64,000 nt of DNA from Atractiella rhizophila (taxonomy: Eukaryota): assembly GCA_021432655.1 (NCBI GenBank), contig MU271374.1, forward strand, positions 1 to 64,000, written 5' to 3'. The notes under the pieces are model-generated. The model worked only from the letters and a program-made list of their open reading frames with translations. It had not been told where the DNA came from and did not search any database. A program made the position numbers and the translations under genes. Below, one piece after another: positions 26,936-40,915 of this stretch. Within the stretch, counting starts at the first letter, position 1. Each line of letters begins with the position of its first letter.

Positions 26936-28158
26936 ATGAATCTTCGCCGTACCATCAATAACATTGGAACCCGATTCTTTTCAGTTTTCGCACTCGCTAC
27001 TTGCTTGGGATGGGAGGGAGTGAGCGCTCAGAGCATCAATGGGCAGTTTTTCACTCCCGGCCTTGTCATCGTTGACGCTCCAGCGGCAGGGAATCCAACA
27101 ACTGGTGCGTGTTCTCTCTGTGCATCAAAAAAAGGGCCGTGTTTGAGACTCGAAACAGTTGGTTCGACAATGCCAATTGCGATAGACATCAGCGGAGACG
27201 GCTTGCTCCCTTTTCCTCCCCCTTCCCCTATCGCTTCGAACGACCTTCCAACAGCCATTTTGTCCCTCGATTTGTACCTCGTCTCCTCCAAAAACAATGT
27301 CAATGTTACTGTCTCGGAAGGTACTGGCTTGTTGGAACAAGAAAGTGGAAGCACAGTCAAGCATCTGAATTACCGAGTGCCAGATTGTTTACCTGCAGGA
27401 GATTATAATGTCTGTGTCCTTCAACTGAAGCAAGATTGGTCTTGACAGCGCTGACGTGTAGTTGACATTTTACGAAGTTGACCGCATCAACCAGGAGACT
27501 TTTTTTGCCATTTGTGAGTTGTGTATCGTGGAAAATATTGTTGCTAACTTATTTATTTATAGACGCCATCCCAGTCTCCATCAATCGTCCATCACAAGCG
27601 AATGGAACGAACTGCACAGGCACCGTCGAAGTTCGCCCCGCCGAAAAGCAGCCACAGGACGACAACCGAAGTCCTCAACAGCCATTCTCTGGTCCTGGTC
27701 AAACCAATTTCCCGATCTCAACATCCGGAGCTACAACGCAGGGCTACACTACGCTCACGTATGCCATAGCTTCTTCAGCCCTTGTGCTGCTCTTCGCTGA
27801 GTTCATTTTGTAGTACCGAAGTTCAATACATGACCACCATCTTTATCCCCACCACAACACAGTCGAGCGGCATTGAGATCGTAGTGAATGTCCCTCAACC
27901 AACTGTGATTATTTCAGAAGTCTGTATTCTGCAATTCGCTCGAGATACCGATTGGGCTGAGGCTTAACATTCCAGGTTACTGTTGCTGTTCCGACCAATT
28001 CAATGGGACAGATGACAAGTGATCCGGAGGATATGGTGAATCAAGGAGATTTCGGAGTACCTATTATCGACTCTGCTGCTCCATCACGGACAATGGTTAG
28101 TTTGCTGCCCCCCTCTTTCTCTTTAGCTGTTGGTTTCTGCATGTGGTTCCTCCTATGA
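26936..28158 (+). CDS. Secreted, probably GPI-anchored hypothetical protein
   Basis: Signal peptide, globular region INGQFFTPGLVIVDAP...STVKHLNYRVPDCLPAGDYN, Thr-rich stalk, and hydrophobic C-terminus SAAPSRTMVSLLPPLFSLAVGFCMWFLL*. Confidence 0.75.
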
Positions 28159-28775
28159 AGTGTTGTACTCCGAGCAGCGATATATCGATCACAAGTTCCT
28201 TGGTTGAGAAACATTAGATTGTACTCAAGGAACGGTAAGCAGCTGAGCAGAAAATAGTATGCAGAAGCTAGGCGAAAAGCCACTGCGCAAAACTGGCCAC
28301 TTGTGCATTTGCAAACCTGCCTTTAGAGTTTACCCAAATCCTATCTAAATACTTCATATTCCGTCCGCTCCGCAGTAAACATTGATATACAGTTTGCAGA
28401 ATCATCACAACTTCCTTGCATGGAAGTCTAGATTGTAAGTTACTGCTTGAGCCATGCTCTCTGCCTAGAATTGGACATGAGACATATGTTTGCCGACAGT
28501 CGATACGACAAAACGGGTGAAAGCGTATGAAAGCGTGTCCCATGCAATCGTCCAAATTGTTCCCATGGCGGGACGATGTGATATTTCCCATCATATGGTT
28601 CAGCCCCTTTTCATGGCGGGAGGCTTCCTCCAACTCTTCGCTTCGTGAACCACCCAAGACGACCATCAATCGTGCTACCTCTACCAGGCTGAGGCGTCAA
28701 GCCTGCCTTGTGATACACCTCATTCTTTGCCATCTTTACGCTATTCTATAACCTGCTTTTTCCACTCTATACATT

Positions 28776-31700
28776 ATGTCGAACACAGGTATTCTCTTCC
28801 ATCCAAGCCCTCACAGTGGGATGCACGGTTTGGGAATCAACTTCAATCCTTCTCCTTCTCCTCCAGAGCAAATTCTGCATACCGTTCCTCCCATGGTTGA
28901 TCCTGCCCAGAAATGCGACTTCCTCCCACCACCGAATGATGGTGGCGCTGACGAACTACCGCCACATGGCTTCTCGACAGATTTTGATGGAACAAATGGA
29001 GGTTTCAGGCTAATCGTAGAGGACGTACAAGGAAACGACTTTCTCGATCCACTCGCGCCGCAATACGCTCACTTCCCTCCTTCTCCAACTGAATCCACCG
29101 AATCTGGTATCTCAGTTCCCATTTCTCTTCAATCATGTTCCGCCACCTCAGCGAGTTCCCTCCATCGAAGACGCGAGCAATTAGATGGCATTCTGCGTCA
29201 CACTCAGAGCCTCAATACTCTCTCCCAGTACTTGCCAGCGACCCAAATGGACCAACAAAGCATCTTGAACTACCTTGCTCAATCTTTTGGCGTGTCTCCA
29301 TTTGAACAACAGCATCATGGTGGGAAGCAAGATCAACGGTTGCGTCCACTCGTCAAATCCGCACCGGCTGAACGAACTGCCTTCCCTTCTAGCGCCTCAT
29401 TGCACCTCCCACCTCTTCCAGCGGCGTCTGCATTGTCCCCTGCCTACTCTGATCATTGCACTAATCGACGGCCGTCCCGTGTTCCTCCTTTGCTTCTCGA
29501 TAGAGCAGCGAGTGCACAAAACGGTGTTCCCTTGGCGATAGCAAGAACGAGGAGTCGATCAGCGGAGGAGGCCAACGTCCGTCATATCTCTCATATACAA
29601 CCCTTGCATGGAATCCCAGAAGCGACTAAGATGGAGGAGTTTGGGTCGTTTGATACTTCGAGGGATGCGATGAGGAGGTCTGACTGCGATGGAATGGGAG
29701 TGGGCATGAGGTTCAGCGTGACAACGGGGCAGAGGAATTTGCAGACCGGATCGAAGTTTTCGGAATTGTTTGCAGAGGAACCTTCTCCTCTGTCTCTCCC
29801 GCCGGGTCTAGTGCTTCCTCCTGGTCTAAACCTCAAGAACTTGCCCGCGAAAACCCAAGCGGTCCTTCCTCGTTCTGCTACCTCTCCGGATCTCCACCGC
29901 GGTGGCACCTTACTGTCTTCAGGAGCAAGATCAAGCAAAGAGCTTTCGCGTCTCCTCGTCGGCGGGAAACGGTCTAACATTGCGGCTGTCGTTGCTTCCA
30001 CAGCTTCGGCTTCCTCCGTCTCCTCTTCTTCCCTCTATTCTCCTTCATCTAGTACCGCCCCTTCTTCTTCTTCGACTGCTCCATCCTCGCACCATCAGCA
30101 TCAGACTCGACAAGTGAAGAATGAGGTTTACGCACAGCCAACTTTGGAACAGGCAAGGCCCAATCCTAGAGTTTCTGTGGATCTGATGCTCCAATCTGAG
30201 CTTGTGGTGGAAGGTGGAATCCTGAAAGGGACGTTGCAGGTGAAAGTGAATACTTTGAAAAATGGAGAGAAAATCAAAGTTGGCTGTCTCAAAGTCAGAC
30301 TAGTGGGTTTCGAAGGTCCGTTTCTCATTAAATGCTGCCTTTGGACACAGGCTGAAGTGTGATTCTACAGAACTTCCTGCATTAAAGACGAGGAATGTCT
30401 TCTATCACCACTCCGCATCTGTCGAGGACAAGTTTTCTCCAGTAACTGCTCCTGCAGATGAAGAAGGCTATCGCATTGTTCCTCCTGGAAACCTTTCGAT
30501 TTCCGTTCGAGATCAGGCTTCCTCTGTCCAAAGGGGCGAAAGGGAGTTGGAAGGGAAAGCAAGGTGTAATTCGGTACATCGCTATTGGGTTCGTTTCATC
30601 TATTCAACTGTAACACGCAAATCTGGGGCTAATTTCCCAACAGGTCTATCAAGCTCAAAGCAGAAGATGGATCGGACAACGCTATTGCCCATTTCTACAG
30701 GGACGTGGACGTCTTACCTTATCTAAACCCTGCCCTTGTTCTTGCTCCTTCTTTCCAACCGATAACTTCCAAGATGGCGAAACCCGTCTTCATGGGAGGA
30801 AGCGGTAATGTCGAACTTACCGCCAGCTTGCACAGGTCTACATGGGTTGCTGGTCAGAAGTGTTATGTGGAAGTGACGGTTGCGAATAACAGCACGAGAA
30901 AGGTCCGTGACACCCACTCAGCTATGATTCATCCTCGTTTACCCGCTTGATTCGGTTACAGATTAAGACTTTGACAATTGCAGTCATTCGAACCACCTCG
31001 ATTTTCAATGCGAGAACAGCGGATGGGAGTAGCTCGATGGATCCAGCGAATGACGCAGAGCTAGACTCGGTGAAGAAGAAAGTTGCAGAGAGCACTTTAG
31101 AGATGGGAAAGAAAGGTGCCAAAGGGAGCGTGACTGCAAAGGGAAGTTGGATCGGAGTTGAGAAGGGAGAGAAAAGGGATTTCCTTCATTCTATCATGCT
31201 ACCCGTACGTTGTGTTCCTCTCCCTAACGAAGATTGTCGAACGTTTAATGACGAATGATTTTGGTGTGGACAGGCTGATGCTATTACGATGCCAAGGGGA
31301 AAGTACTTTGAGGTTAACTACAGCCTGAAAGTGACAGTCGGTGGATCGATGACTTCTGAGGTCTCAACCGAAATTCCTATCCGCATCATCAACTTTGTCT
31401 CTCTCGATCCACCTCCTGGGCACATTGGCGAGATCCCTTCCAAACGACTCGGAGCGATTTCCCGATGTTGGAGCATCGATGACCTCGCAAATCGAACAGA
31501 AGATACCATGGAAGGAAAGCCCTCCCGAGATACCTTGCGCCTGTCAGACCTCAACGAAAACTTTCGCTCCAATAGGCTTCTCAACAAGTCCAGCAGAGTC
31601 ACATTTTCAGAGGATAGTTTTCGGATGGAGGCGAGAGAGAGAAGGATGAGGCATCAAATGTCGTTGGACGTTATTGGGGCAGCTATGGCTGGTTCGGCAA

Positions 31701-32725
31701 GAAAAATGGCCTTCATTCCTTCTCCTGGCAGAGAATCATCCCAACAATCTCAGCTGACTACACTTTCGCCTGTGGACTTAGAGGGTGCCTCCGAGGGAGA
31801 GGCGCCAGAGCTGTATGGAACAGAATTAGATTTTCTGCTTGGTGCGCCAGATAGCGATGTCGACGATCGCGTACCTCTTTCTATTACTCCCAAACCGTAC
31901 TCCTCTCCTGTAGGCCCTCTCAGTGCTCCTGCTAGCCCGACGATATTCAGAAGACCGGTCATTTCCAACAAGGATCTGGCCGCCGCTCTATCGAATATTC
32001 TCTCGGATGATGACATTACACCTCAGAAGACTCCAATAAGTAATGATGAACATCGCCAGAGGGATCCAATGCGTTGCACTCCGAAGGACGACTTTCAACT
32101 AACTCAGACAACTCAGGAGGAAGACTCACAACAAGCAAAGTCCAGCTTGACGCGTTCAAAGGCAATCGGGAGCGCTTTGAAGAAGAGGAAACTACATTCC
32201 CTTCCTCGCCAAATGTCGCTTCCAGTCTTCCCCACGGCTGAAGGAGAACATAATACACCAATCAGGAGACACTATCTTGCTCCGGGACTGCGCGATTGTT
32301 CTCCTATGCCACAACTCTTGATGGATGAAGAACCTCCTCCGTTCGATTTAGAGGACGAATTGCTTTCATGCCTAGAAGAAGACTCCATGACGCACGCTTC
32401 ATCGCCTTCTATGTATTCCAACAGTGCGACTGCTGTCTCCACCATCTCAAGGTCTACAACTGTTCCAGAATCTCTTGCGTCTAGTTCTTCCAGGAAGAGC
32501 ATGTTGCCTATCAGCTCATCGGTTAGAATGCGGATCGCCGCTCTGGAATCCAACGCGGCGAAATCGAAGGCCTCATCTCCTACTCCTTCTCGGGTCAGAA
32601 GCATTCGCAGCTCTGCATCCAGTTCGTCACTGGCGTCAGCTACAACCTCGTCGTCTTTTAGGGTGCCAAAGGTCGTCTCCAGAGGGCAAACAATCAAGAG
32701 GTACAATGCTCCGCTTTTACAGTGA
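28776..32725 (+). CDS. Arrestin-domain protein (Arrestin_C) with long disordered termini
   Basis: PRVSVDLMLQSELVVEGG...KVRLVGFE; LTASLHRSTWVAGQKCYVEVTVANNS; YFEVNYSLKVTV...EIPIRIINFVSLDPPP. Confidence 0.8.
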
Positions 32726-33031
32726 TCGACGACGGATATCCTCTCCTTCTATTTCAATCCTTACTTTCTTACTTTCCTTCACAATTGAACGTTGAGAAGC
32801 TGGGTCACGTCATATCCTGATTGGTTGCTGTCGTAGTATGTACTGATCGAAGGAAATGAAGTGCATGAAATGCTTCAAGTTAAATAGAAGAAAGGCGAAA
32901 GAATCTGCTCTGCTACCTAGTACAAGAAAGTGAAATATCAAGTGTCCTGATCCCTTCCCAATATCTCCACATTCACTCAGCTTCACCAGAATTACAACGA
33001 ATAAAAAGGATAATAATCACTGAATCACAGG

Positions 33032-35564
33032 TTACAAACTGGTACTATATCTCCTTTCTTTGGTTTTCGAAGACCATTCCGATGGGACAGCGTTTTCATC
33101 ATCCGTCTCAAAATCATCCAACGTGACGCCCCCTACCAGTTCTTTCACCCATTCCATCCCCTTTTTCCTCCTCTCCAAAGTTTCATTGCTCATGATGACG
33201 CTTTTCGGTCTTGATTTGATGGTGGCTGCATCGCTATCCTTTGAACTTTTCTTCACGCTAGGCTTCGTAATGTTAGCCTTTTGAGATTGGGAGGCCATCA
33301 CGCTCTCGATTTTGATGACGTTCGTTCCCGCCTGCCCTAGAGGTGGACTCGTCGGTCGAATCCGTATAGTAGGTGCATCATCTTCTTCGTCCAGGTTCGC
33401 GGCAACGGAGGAAGGACGAGAGACAGGACCAGTTGAACGTTTCAGTTTGCCAGTTGGACTGGAGGGACGTGAGGAGGAGGATGGATTTTTGAGCTTTGTT
33501 GAAGAAGCAACGGAAGAGGGACTCGAGGGACGGGATTTGGTCTCTGTTGTGGCAGACTTGGCAGACTTACGAGCCTTCAAGGCTGAAGTGGATTTGATGC
33601 TGGATACGAACCCTTCCTCTTGGCGCATTTTACTAAAGAGGATTAGTTCTATCGCTCTTGACAGCTGACTATAGAGAATGCACCTGTTTAGTTTGGGTAA
33701 TGCATAGTTGATGGTGGTTCTAGCTCGCCGTGATTCCCTGAGAGGCGGTTGTGACTCCTGCGATGCCGTTTGTGCTTGGCCTGAAGACATAGTTTAAGTA
33801 ATGAGACAATGAGGAAGGGAACATGTACCTTCTTCATTCACGACCTCCATTTCTTGGATTTGTTTCCTACTCCTTAGACTAGGATTTTTCACAATGCCCT
33901 CATCCACATTGCTCCTGTCTGAAAGGGTATCCTTATCTTCCACCTTGATTTTTCTTCCCTTTCTCTTCGGGGTCGTATAATCACCGTCGTCGGAATCGAG
34001 GTCCAGACCAGTTTGCAACTCGACTGACCTCCGCTTTTGCTTCCTGGCAGATTTGACCAAGGACTTCCTCACGAGTTCCTCGTCACTATCAACCTCATCA
34101 TTCTCAGACGTTTCCGAATCCGATATCTCGTCCGCTTTCTCGCTAGCGCTCTCTAGATCGCTCAGTTCGCTGCTCTCCTCGCTTTCTGGTAATTTCACGA
34201 GGCGAGGGTCCATCCTTCTGTCTTTCTGCCTCTCTTTCTCCGTGATCGGGGCAGAGACAACTCTCTTGCCTTCCTCCCCATTCCGTCCTCCTCTCAGCGT
34301 GACGTTCGAAGGCAGGCAACCTGTGATTGTTGCGTTTGACTTTACTGATGGGGTGGCGGTGCGAGAAGTGAGGGTATCAGAGACGGAGGACCGACGAGGA
34401 CGGACCGTCTTGGAGGTTGTTGTCAGCTTCTCCTGAGGCTGAGATACTTCTTCTTTATCTAAGATGCCGGGACTAAAGATGCCACTGAGTGAAGCTGGAG
34501 CATCTTCCAACATCTTCATTGGCGCAACATTGAACAGAGCGGACTGACGGCGCGTAGATCCTCTACGCGATACACTGTCAGAAGAGATAGAAGAGGTGGA
34601 CGCTGCTCTTGGACGAGTGATGGGAGCTGAGGGAGGAGAAACCGGTCTAGTTGTCGGTGGAGGGGAAGGACTAGTAGAGATGGATCGGCGCGATGGTGTG
34701 GGTGATATTTGGAAAGCAGGCGACGGCTTGGTACTTTGGTGCACATGAGCGATTTCCAAACATGGACAGGAGGAAGTAGAACGCACGTTATCACTACAGA
34801 CTCTCGCTCATCTGCTCCCTCTGCGCTGAAGCTCCTCTCTGTGATGGAGCCCAAACCCGGTAATACGCTTGCTCTCCGAACATTAGGGCCTAGAGAAGGT
34901 CGCGATAGGACGCGCGAGCGTGGTTGGGTCTCGGTAAGAGGCATTGGGACAGTGGAAAAAGATTCTTCAAGTACGTCTAGCAGTGCTTTTGTTTCCTGAG
35001 GTGTGCTGATAGTTGCGGCGCGTGGACGCACTTTCAGTTCGGGTGTAGGAATGGAAGAAGCCAGGGAAGAGAGTTGGGAAATGATTCCATGAAGGGACGA
35101 CTGAAGCGCCTGGATCGAGCCCAACATTACCTTTCTGATCTCCAGTTCAAGGACAAGCAGACACGTACCTCCAGCGTCTTTCCACCTTCCGCCTCATTCC
35201 TCTCCCTCTCCCTCCTCAAAGCCTCCGCCAACGCGGCCACTTTGACCTCTAGTCTAAAATTTTCCCTTTTCAATCTGCCATTCGAGTCCCACAAATCTTC
35301 AATCTCCTTGATGAGTTCTGCTTTCTGGACCGTCAGCTGAGTGTTCTCCTTCAGCAACTCCGAATTTTTGTGAATGATGTTTCGATTTTGGGCGAGATGC
35401 TTCTTCTTAACTGTAGTCCAATAAAATAAGTATCAGTTGCTTCGACACGGGGAGGATTGAAGTGAGAGGAAGGAATTCGCACAGATTTCCATCGTCTCCA
35501 AAAGCTGTTGTTGTCCCGACGCGCCGCCGTTCGCGAGCGCCGACAGTCGTCGAGTGGTCGTCAT
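33032..35564 (-). CDS. SGO1: Shugoshin
   Basis: N-terminal coiled coil KKKHLAQNRNIIHKNSEL...; C-terminal SGO motif RRARTTINYALPKLNSKMR. Confidence 0.85.
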
Positions 35565-38141
35565 ATCCTCGTCCCCTTTACCTTTCCTTGCGTACCTTCA
35601 GGGCAGCCTTGAGACGCCAAATCCAATATGTCGTCGAGTGATACGGTTGTTTGTGATCCCTTTGTGATAGATTGACACCCTTCGCTGCGGAAGTGGTTCG
35701 CGTTTTGGCACGTGATTTTTGGGAGGTGTCCTTTGAGATTAATTGTCCCCTACTGTAATTGCTGCGTTGTCAATAATTGTTTTTGAACAACCCGTCAGGG
35801 AAGCAACTTCGTAAATATTCCCAAGTGGAGTACCCCCATGGCATCATTTAAGGTTCCCATCATGTGACTATGCGCAAACCTGCGCAAGCGCCAGCAGCAC
35901 TGACCCACCTCCTCTCCCTCTCTCCACGCTCCGTCTCCGCCTCACTCCCTTCAATTACACCACAAGCAACTTTCGATACTTCCTCCGAAAACGGGGCCGC
36001 TTGACAACCACCAAAATCGACCGGATCTTCGAAGCTTCCTTCGACGACAACGAGGACGAAATTTGTGAGAGGAACAGGTTTTAGGATGTCCTCGTCAGCT
36101 TGGGATGGGTTGCAACAAGGTGTGTTGTCTCATATTCACGGAGAAAAGGACATAATTTCGTTTTGAATGGGGGAAAGGAGCTTTTTGTTGCAACCAGAAA
36201 ATACTGCTAGAAAATGAAGGAACGACTGTGGAATGGATGAAAAGGTATGCACTTACGCTTATACTTACTTGAAATCACTGAATTTGGTGTAAAAGCTTTA
36301 ATTCCCATCGAAATCACTTGAAATGACCGGGCGACGACGAATGGACTTTTGGCTCAGTCGAATCAACGCCCCTTGGATCGAAGTAGAATAGCACCAGGTG
36401 TAGCTGTAAGCCCTTTCCTATCTCTAACAGTTCGTAAATCTACATCGCGAATAGCCTAACGTACCTTAGCAGCGCTTTCTGACGCCTCCACCTCCAGCCC
36501 GCGATGACACCCTCTTTCGCCTCAATTGTCACCTACCTTCGACTACCCCACACGCTTTTCGCTCGCTTCGATCTCCCCCTCGAAGATGTGTAGACGAGTG
36601 GTTGATGTGTGACGAAACTCACTTGCAGAACAGTGGGAATGGAGGAGTTGCCGCGGATTTGGAGGACTGGATTGGAGGGAGCAAGTCATATGGTCATAAA
36701 ATGTTCACAGATAAATGAGATAGTGGAAAACGATTTCTTTTATTTATTCTGACTTAAAAGTACAATTGAACATGAGGAGGCAACTCATAGAGTGCGCCGA
36801 AACTTTTCGACGACTAAGAAAATTCGCTTGGCAGCACTCGACTAGTGTTGGACACGGGGGAAGAGACGTCAACATGGTGAGAAACGAAGTGAACCTGTTC
36901 CAACAGTGGTTAGTACAGGAGAAAGGGACAGAGACGGAACGGGACATGCAGAAACATTGTACATACCTGTGACAATCCCGCCATACCATATCGTGCAGCA
37001 CATATATGCACCTAGCATGGTGCAATCGTTCTGTTAGATTTTGGTGGCGATAAATTGAGTAGGGAGTTGCCACGAATGCTGGAAAGATGAAGGAAAGGGG
37101 ATAGGAGCACGTGCCATTATCATTCAACCCGTGCCCAAATGACTGAAAGAGAGGACGAACTGTCTCCTATAAGCCCATAAACGCTGCCAGTACTCATATG
37201 CACCACCTAAGTACTCCCAATGCCGAGCACAACGCCTCGATTCGTCATTTGGTCAGACGCTGAGAGGGCGGGGTTCAAGCAGGTTGGGAGCGTTCGGAAT
37301 GGGGATTTCGGCCTGAGGCATCATTTGGGGGGGTCGTACTAGAGGTGGGAATGATGCTACGAGCATCTTCAGCATGAAAATGAGGCGAGGGGAGCGGGAC
37401 TGACCTGATTTTGGCGGTGATGATGGTGGGGAGGTGCCACTTCGCAAATTTTGGGCGGAATGAAGTCATATGATGCGGGAGAGGTTGGAATGAGTCTACG
37501 AGGCGAACTGGAGAGTGGTGGGCGTTTATTGAGGGTAGAAATAGGTCAAAGTTGTCGTTTCTGCATTCATGATCAGCTCAGAAAAAGAGAGACCAAAAAA
37601 GGTCGGAGAAATGGAGAACTCACTTCGTGTAGGACTTCCCCAAGCCTCTCATTCCCACCGAAGGCTCTCAATCATCGTCCAGATCATCGTCGGCAACTGT
37701 TGAAAGAGTTCCACTGGTCATAGAGGAAAGTGGAGGATGCAGGTTGCGCATTGCGCGCGATGCGCGCCCTGCGACCATGGCATCATCTGGGGGGGTCATA
37801 CTAGGTAAGTGACTTCGTAAGACATGGAAGACACAACTTTTGAGGTGTCACCACAGTTGGAGGAAGTAAATGGGAAATGCATTAACCATCCTCGACCCAG
37901 CATCCCCAAAGAACAGGTCAAGTCGAACTCTATCAATTGAACAATAGGCCAGTGAAGAGAAGGATGTACTCTGAACAGAAATGAGAAGGAGAAATAAAAC
38001 ACCATCAGGACCTTAATCGCCATAATTTTTCACCTTAAATATTCGCACAGAAAGGACGAATCAATCAGATCAACCGGCACCTGCCACTCTCACAACCACA
38101 CGTCATCCATCCACCTCACAGACCGCTCCGATTCGAATCCT

Positions 38142-39320
38142 TTACTCCACCTTCTTGGCCGCTGCCTTTGATGCTGCAGATTTCTTGTAGGTCTTCCTGT
38201 AGAACGCCTGCATTTTGCGTCATCAGCAAGGCAAGATCACACAAGAGGAAGGGAGACGCACAATGAAAAGGAAGAGGTAGCTGGTAAGGAGTACGCATCC
38301 AATAACAGCTGCAGCTTCCGAACCGGAGCACGATCCCATAGTGGGCATCCTGGGGAAGTACTCGGCGGTGAAGTAAGAGTAGGAGGCGAAATAGACGATG
38401 AACAGGTCGATGACGAATTGAGAGATTTGCAGGGTGGTAAGGTACTTCTTCCACCAAATTTTGTAACCCGCCGACGCCATGAAGTAGTAGTAGTCTAAAA
38501 TAGTGTCAATAAAATAAAGAGGAAGGAGGTACAACGTACACATCAGAACATGCACAAGGAGGTTAGCGGTAATGACGACCCATGAGACGGAGGTTTTACC
38601 GTTAAGCTGAGTCCAGCAAAGGATCATGGTGGCGGAGTGGTGGAAGACATGGAGGAATGCTGGCATCCCATTCTCTCGGTCAGGCTCGACATTCCGATAG
38701 CAAAAGAGAAAGACAAACCGAGGGGCTTCTTCTTCACGACCAAGAAAAAGGTGTCGACGAACTCCCAGTACTTGAAGACATAGTTGATCATGTAGAAAAA
38801 TTCCATCCTCTGACATCATTTTCTTCAGAACTACAAGCCAAAGCGTAGAAGGAGAAGACACACAGGAGTCCAAGCGGCAATATGGCAAATACCGAAGAAA
38901 AATCCATGCTTGTACACAATGGGTACAATCTATTCCCGCACAGAAGGAAACGTCGGTAAAACTCCGGTGGCCAGTTGAGGGTAGTAGAATGGGCACGTAC
39001 CTCTTCAAGCATGAGGGCGAGCAATAGACCACTTCCTGTGCTCAACAAGAAGTTGTGAAGCATGAAAAGAGGCTTGAGTTCTATCAGTTCGTCCCCGCAA
39101 TTCATTAATCAACTCCTCCCATTACAGCAGGATAAGAGGGAAACGCACGCATAGCCTTCCTATCTTCCATCACCTTCTGGCCAAAGTACAGAATGGCCAG
39201 ATAACCAAACATAGCGGGCCATACTGTCCCTGGAGTGGAGAGGGGAGTAAGACCGGGTTGCCATGATGTGTAATGTTTGGGGAGGGTGATGGGAATGTGA
39301 GAAAGAGCCTCGTAAATCAT
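38142..39320 (-). CDS. Fatty acid elongase (ELO/GNS1/SUR4 family)
   Basis: LHNFLLSTGS, KYWEFVDTFFLVVKKKPL, FLHVFHHSAT (HxxHH), WWKKYLTTLQISQF, and a lysine-rich C-terminus. Confidence 0.95.
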
Positions 39321-40030
39321 TTTAAAAGTCTATAAGCCACGAAAAGAGGGTGAATTATTGGCTGCTGAAGAGAAAAACCACAAAAGGGAAAGCTGGGGCG
39401 AGATGCTGGTGGTTGAAAAGAAAAGGACTTCGGAGCTTCGCGCGGTCGGCAACAAGCGACCGAGTTTCAACAAGCAACCAACCCAACCCAGCCATCTTGT
39501 CGACATGGCGAGTGGTAATGAGATATTCTTACCTCGAGAAGTACGTGCTGATAGGAGGGGAGCACCTGATTGCTGAAAATGGAACAATTCGTGAGATCCC
39601 TGTTAGTAAAGGTTGGGGACTTGCAACTTTTTGGGGCCGAAATTGCCATCACTATTTGACTTGACATTGAATATCATAAACGTATACCTTGGGGAATGTC
39701 AAAGGTTACCGTCAACGTTCCATAAATTTCTGAGATTGAGAGTGCGACCTTGTGCGGACACAGTACCCCTCCACATGAGGCAGAGATCAACTTGACACCT
39801 GGCAGTACGTCTGAGGCAAAGAAGCCTCCAACAAGTTTCCTTGTATTTTTAAAGGTTCTAGCCGGGCGACATTTCATTGATTCATTATGAACTGACCCAG
39901 AGATGGAGCCATCCTGATAGAGGAAGAAGCTGCAGTCCAAATTCTTCTAGCAGTAAGCGAGCAGCAAATGCTGTGCTGAATCAGTAACTGAGCCTGCAGT
40001 TTATTTAGATCTGCAGATATTACAATGCAC

Positions 40031-40915
40031 TTAATGCTCCTTGGTGTTCTTTCTCAGCCATTCCTTCGTGTCCATCACTGAAATACCTCTCTTCACGTTG
40101 TATGTTTGTTCCTTCTCCCAAGAGACCCCTCTTCCCAGTGCGAACACAGCTCTGTATTTCTTCATCTGGTTTCCTGAATCTTTTCTCAATTCCTCCATCA
40201 GCCAATCAACTGTCCACTCCTCCTTCTCCCAGTTCCCAGACTCCTGTTCCAACATCTCTGCCAGTCTGTGGTACAGGATAGTATCTCCCGAGGTATATAC
40301 GACAGTGTTTCTCACTCTCGGCTCCTCGAAAACCACCTCAGCGGTAATCTTTCCTATGTCCTCCGGTGTAGTGACCGTCACTCCATTCTCCCAACTTCCA
40401 AGAGCGCGAACAACTTTCTTTTCGAAGTCGACGATCCCGAATGCAGGTTCGAAGAGAAAAGAAGTGAACATTCCGGTGGAGACGATGACCCATTCCGTCC
40501 TGGATTGCGAACGAAGGAGGTCACGAACGTCCAACTGCTCGTCAAAGAGATCTTGGGGACTACCGCGTCCGATGACATCGTAATCGACACCGAATTGCCA
40601 CGGAAAGTAGCGGGGTACTCCCGCCTCCAAAACTGACTTTGCCAGTTTGAGCTGTATACCAGGTCCGCCCACAAAGCCTGTACAGGAAATAATGGTATCG
40701 AAGGGGGAAAAGACTGATGCGAGAGCGGATTGAGAGGCAGTTGAGATATCCTCTCGAACAATGGAGACTTCAGAAGGGATGGACGTCGTGGACGTGGGGC
40801 GGAGGAGGACAGAGAGCTTGATTGCGGCAGAAGGCTTTCGAGAGAGAAGTGATTTGAGAATTGCAGAGCCAAGCTCTCCTGCTCCAAGAACTAGAATATT
40901 TTGATTCAACGACAT
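40031..40915 (-). CDS. NmrA-like/isoflavone reductase-like NAD(P)-dependent oxidoreductase, intronless
   Basis: ILVLGAGELG Rossmann motif; YFPWQFGVDYD; STGMFTSFLF; VTVTTPEDIGK. Confidence 0.9.
   Translation of the reverse strand: MSLNQNILVLGAGELGSAILKSLLSRKPSAAIKLSVLLRPTSTTSIPSEVSIVREDISTASQSALASVFSPFDTIISCTGFVGGPGIQLKLAKSVLEAGVPRYFPWQFGVDYDVIGRGSPQDLFDEQLDVRDLLRSQSRTEWVIVSTGMFTSFLFEPAFGIVDFEKKVVRALGSWENGVTVTTPEDIGKITAEVVFEEPRVRNTVVYTSGDTILYHRLAEMLEQESGNWEKEEWTVDWLMEELRKDSGNQMKKYRAVFALGRGVSWEKEQTYNVKRGISVMDTKEWLRKNTKEH

Noticed and set aside
37746..37768. GC-rich imperfect palindrome GCGCATTGCGCGCGATGCGC
   Set aside because: It is short, low-complexity and isolated, with no supporting context.
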